This document shows, piece by piece, positions 1 to 7,422 of a stretch of 64,000 bases of DNA. Source of the DNA: an uncultured Candidatus Saccharibacteria bacterium (GTDB lineage: Bacteria > Patescibacteriota > Doudnabacteria > UBA920); NCBI GenBank assembly GCA_964532425.1, contig CAZHIA010000001.1, positions 124,951 to 188,950 of the forward strand, in the 5' to 3' direction. Numbering within the stretch: position 1 is the stretch's first letter; every line of letters begins with the position of its first letter. Made by a program: the position numbers and the translations under genes. The notes under the pieces are model-generated. The model was not told the DNA's origin. It did not search any database and saw nothing but the letters and a program-made list of their open reading frames with translations.

Positions 1-264
1 CACCGGCTGTACGGGTATAAGTAATTCAACGTAGCGTGCCGATTTATCGGCTTCCAATCCCATGAATGGGCACGCTACAATCTTATTGTTTCATTCCGGA
101 AGCCACGAGCCCAAAGGGCGAGGAACTGTCCGGAATCCATACACTCAAAAAGATTTGGACCTGAAAATCTCGGATCCAGCTCTTTGTTCCGGACCCAAAG
201 TCCGGGGCATGCAGTTTAAAAAAACCAGAGGAGGCAATTCAGTGATTGTTCGAAAGGAGGCTGT

Positions 265-1569
265 ATGGGCCTGGTAATTTCAAAAAAAGATCGGCCTATC
301 ATCAAGTCCCTTCTTGATACCGACTTCTATAAGGATACCATGGGAAAACTGATACAACGTCGGTTTCCCAAGGTTCCCGTGAAGTTCGCGTTCAAGAACC
401 GACACAAGCATGTCCGTCTAGCCGAATGCATAGACCAAGGCGAACTGCGCGAGCAGCTTGATCACTGCATGAAGCTTCGCTTCTGCCCTCAAGAAATCCA
501 TTATCTGCTGGGCACCTACGAATACAACCGGCCGATGTTCGGGCTGGACTACGGCAAGTTCATGCAGGACTTCCGACTGCCGGAATATCACCTGGAAACC
601 AGGGACGGGCAGCTACATTTGGAGTTTTTCGGTGAGTGGCAATATGTGACTCGCTGGGAGACTTTGGCGATGCAGATCGTTGCCGAGCTCTACGGACGGC
701 ATCAATTGCGTGGCTTGTCCCGGTTCGAGCGGGAAGTGGTATTTGCCGAAGGGCGGCGACGGTTGGCGAGGAAGATTAAAGTCCTTAAAGCCAATCCGAA
801 CATTGTATTCTCTGACTTTGGAACCCGCAGGCGGTTCAGTCGTAGGTGGCAGCAGTATGTGGTCTCGGTCCTTGCGCAGGAATTTCCCCGGCCGAGCGCG
901 TTCGTGGACCATCCACAGTTTCGCGGCACATCCAACACGTGGTTGGCCATGAAGTACGGGCTGACCCCCATGGGAACCAATGCCCACGAACTGCCCATGG
1001 TCTACTCCGCTATCTTCCGTAAGGAAGACAATGCGGCCCAGCGGCTCGTTTCCCAAATCAAGATGCTCGAAGACTGGGAAACGGAGTATGGCGAGGGTCT
1101 GTCGATCTTCCTGCCGGATACCTATGGCAGCGACTACTTCTTTAACAACATTCCGGTTGAAATGATTGCGCGCTGGAAAGGCTCGCGTCACGATTCCGGA
1201 CCGGCTATGGAATACGGCGACAAGCGAATCCCGATGTATCGCGACATGGGAGTCGATCCGGCCAAGAAGATTATCGTGTTTGCGGACGGACAGGATCCGT
1301 GGCAGGCTGACTCCATCGAGAAGTACTTCCGCGGTCGGATCATCCCGTCGTTCGGTATTGGTACCAACTTTACCAACGATTTGGGATTTACCTCGGAAGT
1401 TGATCTTAAAGCCCTGTCGATCGTTGTAAAAGTGATCGAAGCGTGTGGTCTCCCGGTGTGCAAGCTTTCCGATAATATCGAGAAGGCGATCGGCAACCCG
1501 GCAGAGATCGAGCGAATGAAACAGTTGGTTGGCTACGGCGTGACCTACGCCGAATCCTGCCGCTACTGA
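265..1569 (+). CDS. pncB: nicotinate phosphoribosyltransferase (NAPRTase)
   Basis: 434 aa. N-terminal LLDTDFYKDTM, DFGTRRRFS, GTSNTWLAMKYGLTPMGTNAHE, RHDSGP, SFGIGTNFTND and C-terminal KLSDNIEKAIG all match the PncB/NAPRTase family blocks in the same order as E. coli PncB. AAGGAGG RBS sits 5 nt upstream of the ATG. Confidence 0.85.
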   Translation: MGLVISKKDRPIIKSLLDTDFYKDTMGKLIQRRFPKVPVKFAFKNRHKHVRLAECIDQGELREQLDHCMKLRFCPQEIHYLLGTYEYNRPMFGLDYGKFMQDFRLPEYHLETRDGQLHLEFFGEWQYVTRWETLAMQIVAELYGRHQLRGLSRFEREVVFAEGRRRLARKIKVLKANPNIVFSDFGTRRRFSRRWQQYVVSVLAQEFPRPSAFVDHPQFRGTSNTWLAMKYGLTPMGTNAHELPMVYSAIFRKEDNAAQRLVSQIKMLEDWETEYGEGLSIFLPDTYGSDYFFNNIPVEMIARWKGSRHDSGPAMEYGDKRIPMYRDMGVDPAKKIIVFADGQDPWQADSIEKYFRGRIIPSFGIGTNFTNDLGFTSEVDLKALSIVVKVIEACGLPVCKLSDNIEKAIGNPAEIERMKQLVGYGVTYAESCRY

Positions 1570-1630
1570 CAATCACTGAAGTAAAAACCCGTGGTGGCTC
1601 GGCTTACCAGCCGCGCCACCACCCATTTCT

Positions 1631-1686
1631 GAAGCGCTCCATAATTATAGATTGGAGCGCTGCAGAGAGGGATATAAGGAGGATTA
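1631..1686 (+). promoter_or_regulatory. operator-like inverted repeat AGCGCTCCA-N11-TGGAGCGCT followed by GCAGAGAGGGA and RBS
   Basis: Perfect 9-bp inverted repeat at 1633-1641 / 1653-1661, directly upstream of the AAGGAGGA RBS of the 1687 gene. The same architecture recurs at 2211-2288. Confidence 0.5.
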
Positions 1687-2154
1687 ATGGTAGGAGTAAT
1701 TCTGATTTACCATAAGGGAGATCCGGAGATGAAGGGGTTAAGCCCTGATTGCAGGGTGTTGCAGTTCCCTGATGCTGATGAAGATAACCAGTATCAGGTG
1801 CCACAGCATATCCTGGAAGGGTCATGTGTTGTGGATTTTCAAGCCCAGGTCAAGGCATATATGTTGTGGAAGCATAACTTCCCAATGAGTGGGGACCGGC
1901 TGGTACATTTTGGGCCGAAAGCTACCACTCATTCAGAGCATGGTGTTGGCGTTGTGGTGTTTACATACCGCCTCACAGACGAAGAAGCTTCTCGTTTTGG
2001 TACTTTTGGTTCTGATGGTGCAAATGAGTCTGACCATCAGGTCGACACCTCAGCTCTCCCTCCGATGTTTTGCCGGATCAAGGCTGTGCTTGACGATCCG
2101 ATTACGACATTGGAGGCCCTTGGCGCAATCACGTATGGCCTGCTTCGATCTTAG
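1687..2154 (+). CDS. hypothetical small protein, member of a 5-paralog family in this block
   Basis: 155 aa. N-terminal beta-strand MVGVILIYHKG resembles the N-termini of the ORFs at 4107 and 4650 (GVVVIVYSPG / GSVVIIYVRGEP). Strong RBS. No catalytic motif recognised. Confidence 0.5.
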   Translation: MVGVILIYHKGDPEMKGLSPDCRVLQFPDADEDNQYQVPQHILEGSCVVDFQAQVKAYMLWKHNFPMSGDRLVHFGPKATTHSEHGVGVVVFTYRLTDEEASRFGTFGSDGANESDHQVDTSALPPMFCRIKAVLDDPITTLEALGAITYGLLRS

Positions 2155-2210
2155 GCCGGGCAAGCGGATCTGCATAAAACTAGCGGTCTCCCTTAGAGAG
2201 ACCGCCCCAT

Positions 2211-2288
2211 TCTCAAGCGCTCCACTCTGATGCTATCTAGTATCATAGTGTGCGGTGAAGCGCTGCAGAGAGGGAAAGAAGGAGGAAC
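2211..2288 (+). promoter_or_regulatory. second copy of operator-like inverted repeat (AGCGCTCCAC ... GTGAAGCGCT) + GCAGAGAGGGA + RBS
   Basis: Same motif order as 1631-1686, upstream of the 2289 gene. The spacer contains the extra palindrome CTATCTAGTATCATAG. Confidence 0.45.
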
Positions 2289-2639
2289 ATGACAGAAGTA
2301 GCCGTGGTAATCCACACTACCGCGTTTCATAAGAGCGGTGTGGAAGTTGTATTTGTACGCGAAAACGAGCGGGAAGTGTTGCCCGCATTCGCTACAGAGT
2401 CGGAGCAGCCGGAAGATCTCGTCCGTTTGGCGGTAGAAAGGATAAGAGAACTTACCGGTACGGAACTCGGAAGACAGTTCTTTTTGTCTCACCGATTGCC
2501 TCCGAACGCAAACTACAATCGGCGCACGGTGTTGTTTTTTGAAGGGCGCGTGCTGGATGCGGGAAGAGCACCGGTGGTCTACAAATCGGTGAGCGAAGTT
2601 CCCGCCGAAATCTGGCGGGCTATTGCCGAGATACGATAG
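2289..2639 (+). CDS. hypothetical small protein with degenerate Nudix-box-like segment
   Basis: 116 aa. VAVVIHTTAF...VVFVRENE beta-strands followed by LPAFATESEQPEDLVRLAVERIRELTG, which aligns to the Nudix box GX5EX7REUXEEXGU with several catalytic Glu replaced. Confidence 0.5.
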   Translation: MTEVAVVIHTTAFHKSGVEVVFVRENEREVLPAFATESEQPEDLVRLAVERIRELTGTELGRQFFLSHRLPPNANYNRRTVLFFEGRVLDAGRAPVVYKSVSEVPAEIWRAIAEIR

Positions 2640-2657
2640 ATCTTTCAGGAGGAAGCG

Positions 2658-3098
2658 ATGGAATTTTACGTGGTTGCCTTCCGGCGGCCTGAGCCCGGGG
2701 TCCAGCTTATTGATCCGGATACGGACATTCTGTTCGTGGCGATTGATGAAAGCAAATTCGAGTTGCCCTGCTACTCTGTGGGTGAACAGTTGGCCGATGA
2801 TGAGTTAAAAAGCGCTGCCGCCAAATATTTCGCCGAAAGTACCGGACTTGCCTTTGAACCGCATCGCTTTGAGTTCGTCTGGCGGCGGCTCAAAGAAAAC
2901 GACCGCGACATGATCGCCATTTGCTCGCTGGAACTGTCGGGTGGAGAAGGAACTGACGTTCAGCGCCTGATCGACGCGCCGGATTCCGCACGTGCATATT
3001 TTATCCCGTTTGCAAACTTTCTATATTTTGCGGGGTACGATATGCAGTCAGCGGGCATTATTACTACCGCCCTCGCGTATTTTCATACGCAGGGCTAA
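2658..3098 (+). CDS. hypothetical small protein with degenerate Nudix-box-like segment
   Basis: 146 aa. FYVVAFRRPEPG...ELPCYSVGEQLADDELKSAAAKYFAESTGL fits the Nudix fold topology and box spacing, but REUXEE is replaced by KYFAES. Confidence 0.5.
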   Translation: MEFYVVAFRRPEPGVQLIDPDTDILFVAIDESKFELPCYSVGEQLADDELKSAAAKYFAESTGLAFEPHRFEFVWRRLKENDRDMIAICSLELSGGEGTDVQRLIDAPDSARAYFIPFANFLYFAGYDMQSAGIITTALAYFHTQG

Positions 3099-3111
3099 TC
3101 CATGACAAACA

Positions 3112-3204
3112 GCGGCCTGGCGAAGTGCACCAGGCCCCCTTACCAGAATTCTTCATACTGCAATACTGCACCGTATTGCAGTATCGAGAATTGCGGTAAG
3201 GAGG
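3112..3204 (+). repeat. structured intercistronic element, copy A (GC hairpin - CCCCTTACCAGA - hairpin - GAGAATTGCGGTAAGGAG)
   Basis: Hairpin GGCCTGGCGAAGTGCACCAGGCC, then CCCCTTACCAGAATT, then hairpin ATACTGCAATAC/GTATTGCAGTAT, then GAGAATTGCGGTAAGGAG. Three further copies at 4505, 5037 and 6195. Confidence 0.7.
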
Positions 3205-3207
3205 GAA

Positions 3208-4064
3208 TGAAAATGACAGGAGGATTTCTAAGAGATTGGTTGTTGCATCTCATCTGGCACAACGAGATGCCGAGTGACTTGGTGCTCGTACGCCACGGCG
3301 AGAGCGAAGGCAACAAGACCAAAAACGAGCAGGAATGGTTTAACCACCCTGAGTTCGCCAAACGGCACAGTTCCGATTGGCGGCTGACCGACAAAGGCCG
3401 CTGGCAGCGGAACGAGGCTGGGTTGTGGATCCGCCAGAATATTCTACCGGTCATTCCCGGTAAGAAGTTCTACCGCCACTACACCTCCAACTATGTTCGC
3501 GCCATGGAAACAGCCGGCGGACTGGGGCTTAATGCCGAATGGTTTGTCCACTTCTTCCTGCGCGAGCGGGACTGGGGCTGGCTCGATGTGATGTCCAAGG
3601 AGCAGCGCCAAAAGTTGTTCCCACGGGAGTTGGAATGGATGAAAATAGGCGGGTTCCTGACCGCGCCGCCCAACGGCGAATCTTTGGCGGACTTGTGCAT
3701 CCGCGGGTATTTGATGAACAATACACTCGGTCGCGAGTGCGCCCGCAGGCCGGTCATAATGGTCAACCATGGCGAGTTCATGTGGGGCGAACGGGTACTG
3801 CTCGAACGGATCCCGCTCGACCGGTATCGGTTACTCGATGAATCGAAAGACCCCAAGGATCGTATCCATAATTGCCAGATTCTCTGGTACACTCGGCGCG
3901 ATCCGGTGTCCGGAAAGCTGGCTAAGTATTTCAAGTGGATGAAGTCGGTCTGTCCGTGGGACCTTTCGCTTTCTCATAACGAGTGGCGGGAAATTGAACG
4001 TCCGCGCTTCAGTGATGAAGAACTCTTAGCGCGGGCCGAAGCGATTCCACAGATCGTGAGTTAG
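3208..4064 (+). CDS. histidine phosphatase (phosphoglycerate-mutase-like) family protein
   Basis: LVLVRHGESEGN (codons 3291-3302) is the catalytic RHGE signature of the histidine phosphatase superfamily. Start moved to the ATG at 3208 (MKMTGG) just after the AAGGAGGG RBS. The listed ORF start at 3102 would read through the repeat element. Confidence 0.65.
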
Positions 4065-4106
4065 AGTCGCTATTCTGAAACGGGATAAAACTTGATCGGA
4101 GGTTGT

Positions 4107-4484
4107 ATGGAAGGTGTTGTTGTAATAGTCTATTCCCCCGGTAACACCCGGTATGGGCCAGGGCGAGATGCCGGTGAATGCGGAACGATGGTGTATTTGA
4201 ATCATCCTCCGGAACAGTTGTCTACCTTCGAAGCTGCATGCCTCGAAGAAGCGAGGGATCTCGCGGCGGAGATCGGCCGCACGTGCCTCCAGCGGGAATG
4301 CGGGATTCTCCCGTATACAGTCTATGATGCCACTATGTGGCTGTTCAGGATCGAGTTGGGTAACCAGGAGTTTGATCAGTTGCCTGACGAGGTCAAATGG
4401 AACTTTGTTTCGTTCAATCGCTTGCGAGCGATACCGGGCTTCGAGGCGGCATGGGATCATGTCCGTGCCGCGGTCGAAGACTAA
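4107..4484 (+). CDS. hypothetical small protein, paralog of the 4650 ORF
   Basis: Start set to the ATG at 4107 (MEGVVVIVYSPG), 7 nt after a GGAGG RBS. The ORF-track start at 4092 is TTG. TFEAACLEEARDLAAEIG parallels LFEAFSRQEAIERATQIG in the next paralog. Confidence 0.5.
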   Translation: MEGVVVIVYSPGNTRYGPGRDAGECGTMVYLNHPPEQLSTFEAACLEEARDLAAEIGRTCLQRECGILPYTVYDATMWLFRIELGNQEFDQLPDEVKWNFVSFNRLRAIPGFEAAWDHVRAAVED

Positions 4485-4504
4485 ACTCCAACCAATCGTA
4501 TACA

Positions 4505-4596
4505 AGCGGTGGCAACATGCTGCCACCGCCCCTTACCAGAATTGTTGATACTGCAGTACTGCACCGTACTGCAGTATGGAGAATTGCGGCAAGGAA
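4505..4596 (+). repeat. structured intercistronic element, copy B
   Basis: AAGCGGTGGCAACATGCTGCCACCGC hairpin, then CCCCTTACCAGAATT, then hairpin ATACTGCAGTAC/GTACTGCAGTAT (G:C where copy A has A:T at the same stem position), then GAGAATTGCGGCAAGGA. Confidence 0.7.
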
Positions 4597-4649
4597 AAGA
4601 GGTTTCTGCTTAATCATTTTTCCTTAAAGATGTTAGCGAAGGAGGATTT

Positions 4650-5018
4650 ATGATAGGGAGTGTAGTGATCATTTATGTGCGGGGGGAACCCCACCATTGT
4701 CGCCTCGGGTATGATGAGGTGGCAGGGGTCCTGCTGAACGGTCCTGAATGTCCAGTGGACCTGTTTGAAGCCTTTTCCCGGCAGGAAGCGATAGAGCGCG
4801 CGACCCAAATCGGCCGGCAGCGCCTCGGCGTTGAACCGCCAAGGCCGTATCTGATGGCTGATATGGAACGGTGGGCGTTCCGGATCGTTCTCGGGGACAG
4901 AGAGTTTAGCGCAATAGGCGAGGATGTACAGAGACAATTCGTCTCATATGACCATCCGCCTCAATGGCTGAGGACCAGCATCTGTTCAAAGCTGGTGCAA
5001 GAGGCCAGCGAAATGTAA
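4650..5018 (+). CDS. hypothetical small protein, paralog family
   Basis: 122 aa. AGGAGGA RBS. N-terminal MIGSVVIIYVRGEP. Similar to the 4107 ORF. Confidence 0.5.
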   Translation: MIGSVVIIYVRGEPHHCRLGYDEVAGVLLNGPECPVDLFEAFSRQEAIERATQIGRQRLGVEPPRPYLMADMERWAFRIVLGDREFSAIGEDVQRQFVSYDHPPQWLRTSICSKLVQEASEM

Positions 5019-5036
5019 CACTCACAACGAAGCGGT

Positions 5037-5127
5037 GGCAGCATGCTGTCACCGCCCCTTACCAGAGTTTTCCACTCTATTACACTCCCGTAATAGAGTA
5101 TGGAAAATTGCGGCAAGGAGAAATCCT
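5037..5127 (+). repeat. structured intercistronic element, copy C
   Basis: GAAGCGGTGGCAGCATGCTGTCACCGC, then CCCCTTACCAGAGTT, then a hairpin of entirely different sequence (CTCTATTAC / GTAATAGAG), then GGAAAATTGCGGCAAGGAG. Hairpin structure is kept while its sequence is replaced. Confidence 0.7.
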
Positions 5128-5173
5128 TGAAGAGTTTACAGAAGCTTGAAAATTTCCAAACAGGAGGAATAAG

Positions 5174-6154
5174 ATGTCGACAGATATCCTACCCGTACTG
5201 AACGGGAACGGCAAGCAGGCGATTGCTCACGGGAGTGGCCAGATGCGCGCCCAGAGCATTTCCATTCAGGTTTCCTCGCGCGTCCGCTGTAACGCGGGCT
5301 GCAAGTTTTGCATTTCGCGAACCACGCCGGACTGCGCAGAGGGTAGCGGGAAGGACCTTACATGGTGTGATCTTGAACGGCTGAGAGTGGGGCTGAATTA
5401 TGCCAGCCACATTGGGGCAACTCACGCGATACTGACCGGCCGTGCCGATCCGACACAAGAGACTTCGGAGTACCTGTGTGAGCTCGTCAAAGCGGCCCGG
5501 GAGCACGTGCCCTTTGTTGATATGCATACGAATGGATTTTTGCTTCTGCCGGGAAGTTCGAAAGCTGGCATGCTTGACGACCTGGCGGCTGCCGGGCTGA
5601 CCCATCTCACGCTTTCCATCGCTGCTATTGACCGGGCGAAGAATCGCGAGCTGATGCTGGTCCGGGATAGCGGGCTCTCTCTCATTCGCTATGCGGTAAA
5701 ACTCGGTTTACTCGTCCGCGCTTCGCTGGTTGTTAACAAAAGCGGGGTATGCGACGTGCCCAGCCTGATCGAATATATCTGGCAAGCCGGCGAATACGGG
5801 GCACATATGGTTGTGGTCCGCGAAGTCTGGGTTCCCGAAGTATACAGCCAGATCAACGAGGAAGTATATGCCTGGAACCGGGAAAACTACGTGGACATTA
5901 AGCCCCTGCAGGATGAATTCATGCGGCTGGCCGAGCAGCGCCGGCATGGCCTGCGACGGCTGAATGATCTACCCTGGGGGACACCGGTGTTTGCCATGGA
6001 GGGGATATTCGAGAGTGATCCCTCTCACGGAGTGAATGTAACGTTTGCCCGGTGTGACGAGGCCAATGTCGGGTCGGTCATGAAATCGATCGTCCACCGG
6101 CCGAACGGCCATGGCTATCGCAACTGGGACAGCATGGGCGACATCTTGTATTAA
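5174..6154 (+). CDS. radical SAM enzyme, subfamily unresolved
   Basis: 326 aa. CNAGCKFC gives the CX3CX2C cluster (Cys codons 5288, 5300, 5309). Downstream LTGRADPTQ (GGEP-like) and HTNGFLL (TNGxLL) fit the radical-SAM core. No SPASM or extra Cys cluster at the C-terminus. GGAGGA RBS. Confidence 0.75.
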   Translation: MSTDILPVLNGNGKQAIAHGSGQMRAQSISIQVSSRVRCNAGCKFCISRTTPDCAEGSGKDLTWCDLERLRVGLNYASHIGATHAILTGRADPTQETSEYLCELVKAAREHVPFVDMHTNGFLLLPGSSKAGMLDDLAAAGLTHLTLSIAAIDRAKNRELMLVRDSGLSLIRYAVKLGLLVRASLVVNKSGVCDVPSLIEYIWQAGEYGAHMVVVREVWVPEVYSQINEEVYAWNRENYVDIKPLQDEFMRLAEQRRHGLRRLNDLPWGTPVFAMEGIFESDPSHGVNVTFARCDEANVGSVMKSIVHRPNGHGYRNWDSMGDILY

Positions 6155-6194
6155 GATCTGTGTGGTAACTTGGCTCTGCCAAGTTATCCAATCA

Positions 6195-6395
6195 AGCGGT
6201 GGCAGCATGCTGCCACCGCCCCTTACCAGAGTTTTCAGTGAGTATGTCATTGCGAGTCAAAGAAATTTTTAGTAATAAATTTCTTCGACGAAGCAATCTT
6301 TCCTGTAACGGTACAAGATTGCCGCGGCCTCATATTGAATTCTAAAAATATGAAGCCTCGCAATGACGACGACATTGAAAATTGCGGTAAGGGAT
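6195..6395 (+). repeat. structured intercistronic element, copy D, with a ~120-bp nested insertion
   Basis: AAGCGGTGGCAGCATGCTGCCACCGC, then CCCCTTACCAGAGTTTTCAG, then [6246-6366 insert], then GACGACATTGAAAATTGCGGTAAGGGA. The short hairpin seen in copies A-C is replaced by a 121-bp structured insert. Confidence 0.65.
6246..6366. repeat. MITE-like structured element X (GTCATTGCGAG ... CTCGCAATGAC termini), second copy at 13569..13684
   Basis: 11-bp terminal inverted repeats GTCATTGCGAG/CTCGCAATGAC, an inner inverted repeat AAGCAATCT/AGATTGC, and internal AAAGAAATTT...AAATTTCTTT hairpins. The same termini and inner blocks occur at 13569-13684. Confidence 0.6.
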
Positions 6396-6453
6396 GATGC
6401 AGTAGGGAAGTAATCATTCCAGGCAGTTTAAAAATACGACAGGGGGAAATTAT

Positions 6454-7395
6454 ATGAGCATTATTCTGTTTGCTGCGCGCCAGGCGCAGAAAATGGCGCA
6501 GGAAATTATCGATATCGGCAGAGGATCTATTGTTCCTGGTACCATCAAATGGGACCGGTACGATGGCGTTTGGGCTAATACGGTCATCGAGAACGCCGAA
6601 TCTTTGCGTAACCGAGATGTGGCTTTCTTAGCCGCATACGAGACCATGGCAGATATTATCGAACAACAGTGGGCACTGAATACGCTCACGCGTCGGTACA
6701 AGGTTCGGTCCATGAAAATGTTGTTGCTCGATTACCCGACTGGCACCAAGGATCGCTGGGAAGAAGAGGGAGAAGTGGTAACGGCGTTCGAGCTGGCTGA
6801 CGGTATGGGCACTATTGCCCAGACGAAGTCTGGCCCGATCGATCTCGGCATATTTGACCTGCATGCACTGCAGGAGGAGAGCTACTTTCCTAAGAACTTC
6901 CGGCCGCCAGACCGCTTGAGCGCCATGCCGCTTTTGTGCGACATGATCGGCGGGTATGACGATATCAGTATTGTCTTTCCCGACGAGGGCGCATACAAGC
7001 GGTACGCTAAGCGCAACTTCAAGGGCTTCGACCAGGTTGTGTGCGAAAAGCGCCGCATCGGAAAAGATCGAATCGTCACCATAAAGGAAGGTGACCCGAA
7101 AGGTCGCCATTGCTACATAGTCGACGACCGTATTATTTCCGGGGTTACCGCCGTGAAGTGCAAGGATGCGTTATTCAGTGCGGGTGCTGCCGCGGTCAGC
7201 TTGTATGTGGGGCATGGCGCTTTCACGACCAACGCGCCGCAAAAGTTCATCGACTCGGGATTTTCGGAAGTCTGGTTTTCGGACTCGTGCCCGGCGATGG
7301 CGGAAAAACTTCGGGGTGTCGGGCAATTCAAGATCATGCCACTCGCCCACGAAGCTGCCAACTGGATTTTGGAAGATACTCGCCAGGCCGCCTAA
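6454..7395 (+). CDS. ribose-phosphate pyrophosphokinase (PRPP synthetase) family protein, divergent
   Basis: 313 aa. DLHALQEESYFP matches the Prs DLHAxQIQGFF block. IVFPDEGAYKR matches VVSPDIGG. YIVDDRIISGVT corresponds to the PRPP-binding loop VDDMIDTGGT, with TGGT replaced by SGVT. Length is typical for Prs. Confidence 0.65.
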   Translation: MSIILFAARQAQKMAQEIIDIGRGSIVPGTIKWDRYDGVWANTVIENAESLRNRDVAFLAAYETMADIIEQQWALNTLTRRYKVRSMKMLLLDYPTGTKDRWEEEGEVVTAFELADGMGTIAQTKSGPIDLGIFDLHALQEESYFPKNFRPPDRLSAMPLLCDMIGGYDDISIVFPDEGAYKRYAKRNFKGFDQVVCEKRRIGKDRIVTIKEGDPKGRHCYIVDDRIISGVTAVKCKDALFSAGAAAVSLYVGHGAFTTNAPQKFIDSGFSEVWFSDSCPAMAEKLRGVGQFKIMPLAHEAANWILEDTRQAA

Positions 7396-7422
7396 AAGCG
7401 CCGGAGAAACAGGAGAAAAATC

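Noticed and set aside
62-277. 71-aa ORF at the window start overlapping the pncB start
   Set aside because: It overlaps the pncB RBS/start in another frame, has no RBS of its own and a low-complexity basic translation. Probably a non-coding upstream region.
613-1572. 319-aa minus-strand ORF fully antisense to pncB
   Set aside because: It overlaps a + strand gene whose translation matches the PncB family block by block. No RBS, and composition typical of antisense shadow ORFs.
4505-6225. GC hairpins GGTGGCAGCATGCTGCCACC as intrinsic terminators after each gene
   Set aside because: Each is followed by CCCCTTACC rather than a U-tract on the + strand, and on the - strand by GCTT. They look like the first stem of the larger conserved structured element, not standalone rho-independent terminators.
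3112-6395. Integron-like cassette array with attC sites (the conserved intercistronic elements)
   Set aside because: The architecture (imperfect inverted repeat after each ORF) is suggestive. But the conserved boxes do not match attC core/inverse-core consensus (GTTRRRY/RYYYAAC), no integrase or attI is present in the window, and five of the genes are paralogous, unlike typical cassette arrays. Kept only as an alternative under the structured-element finding.
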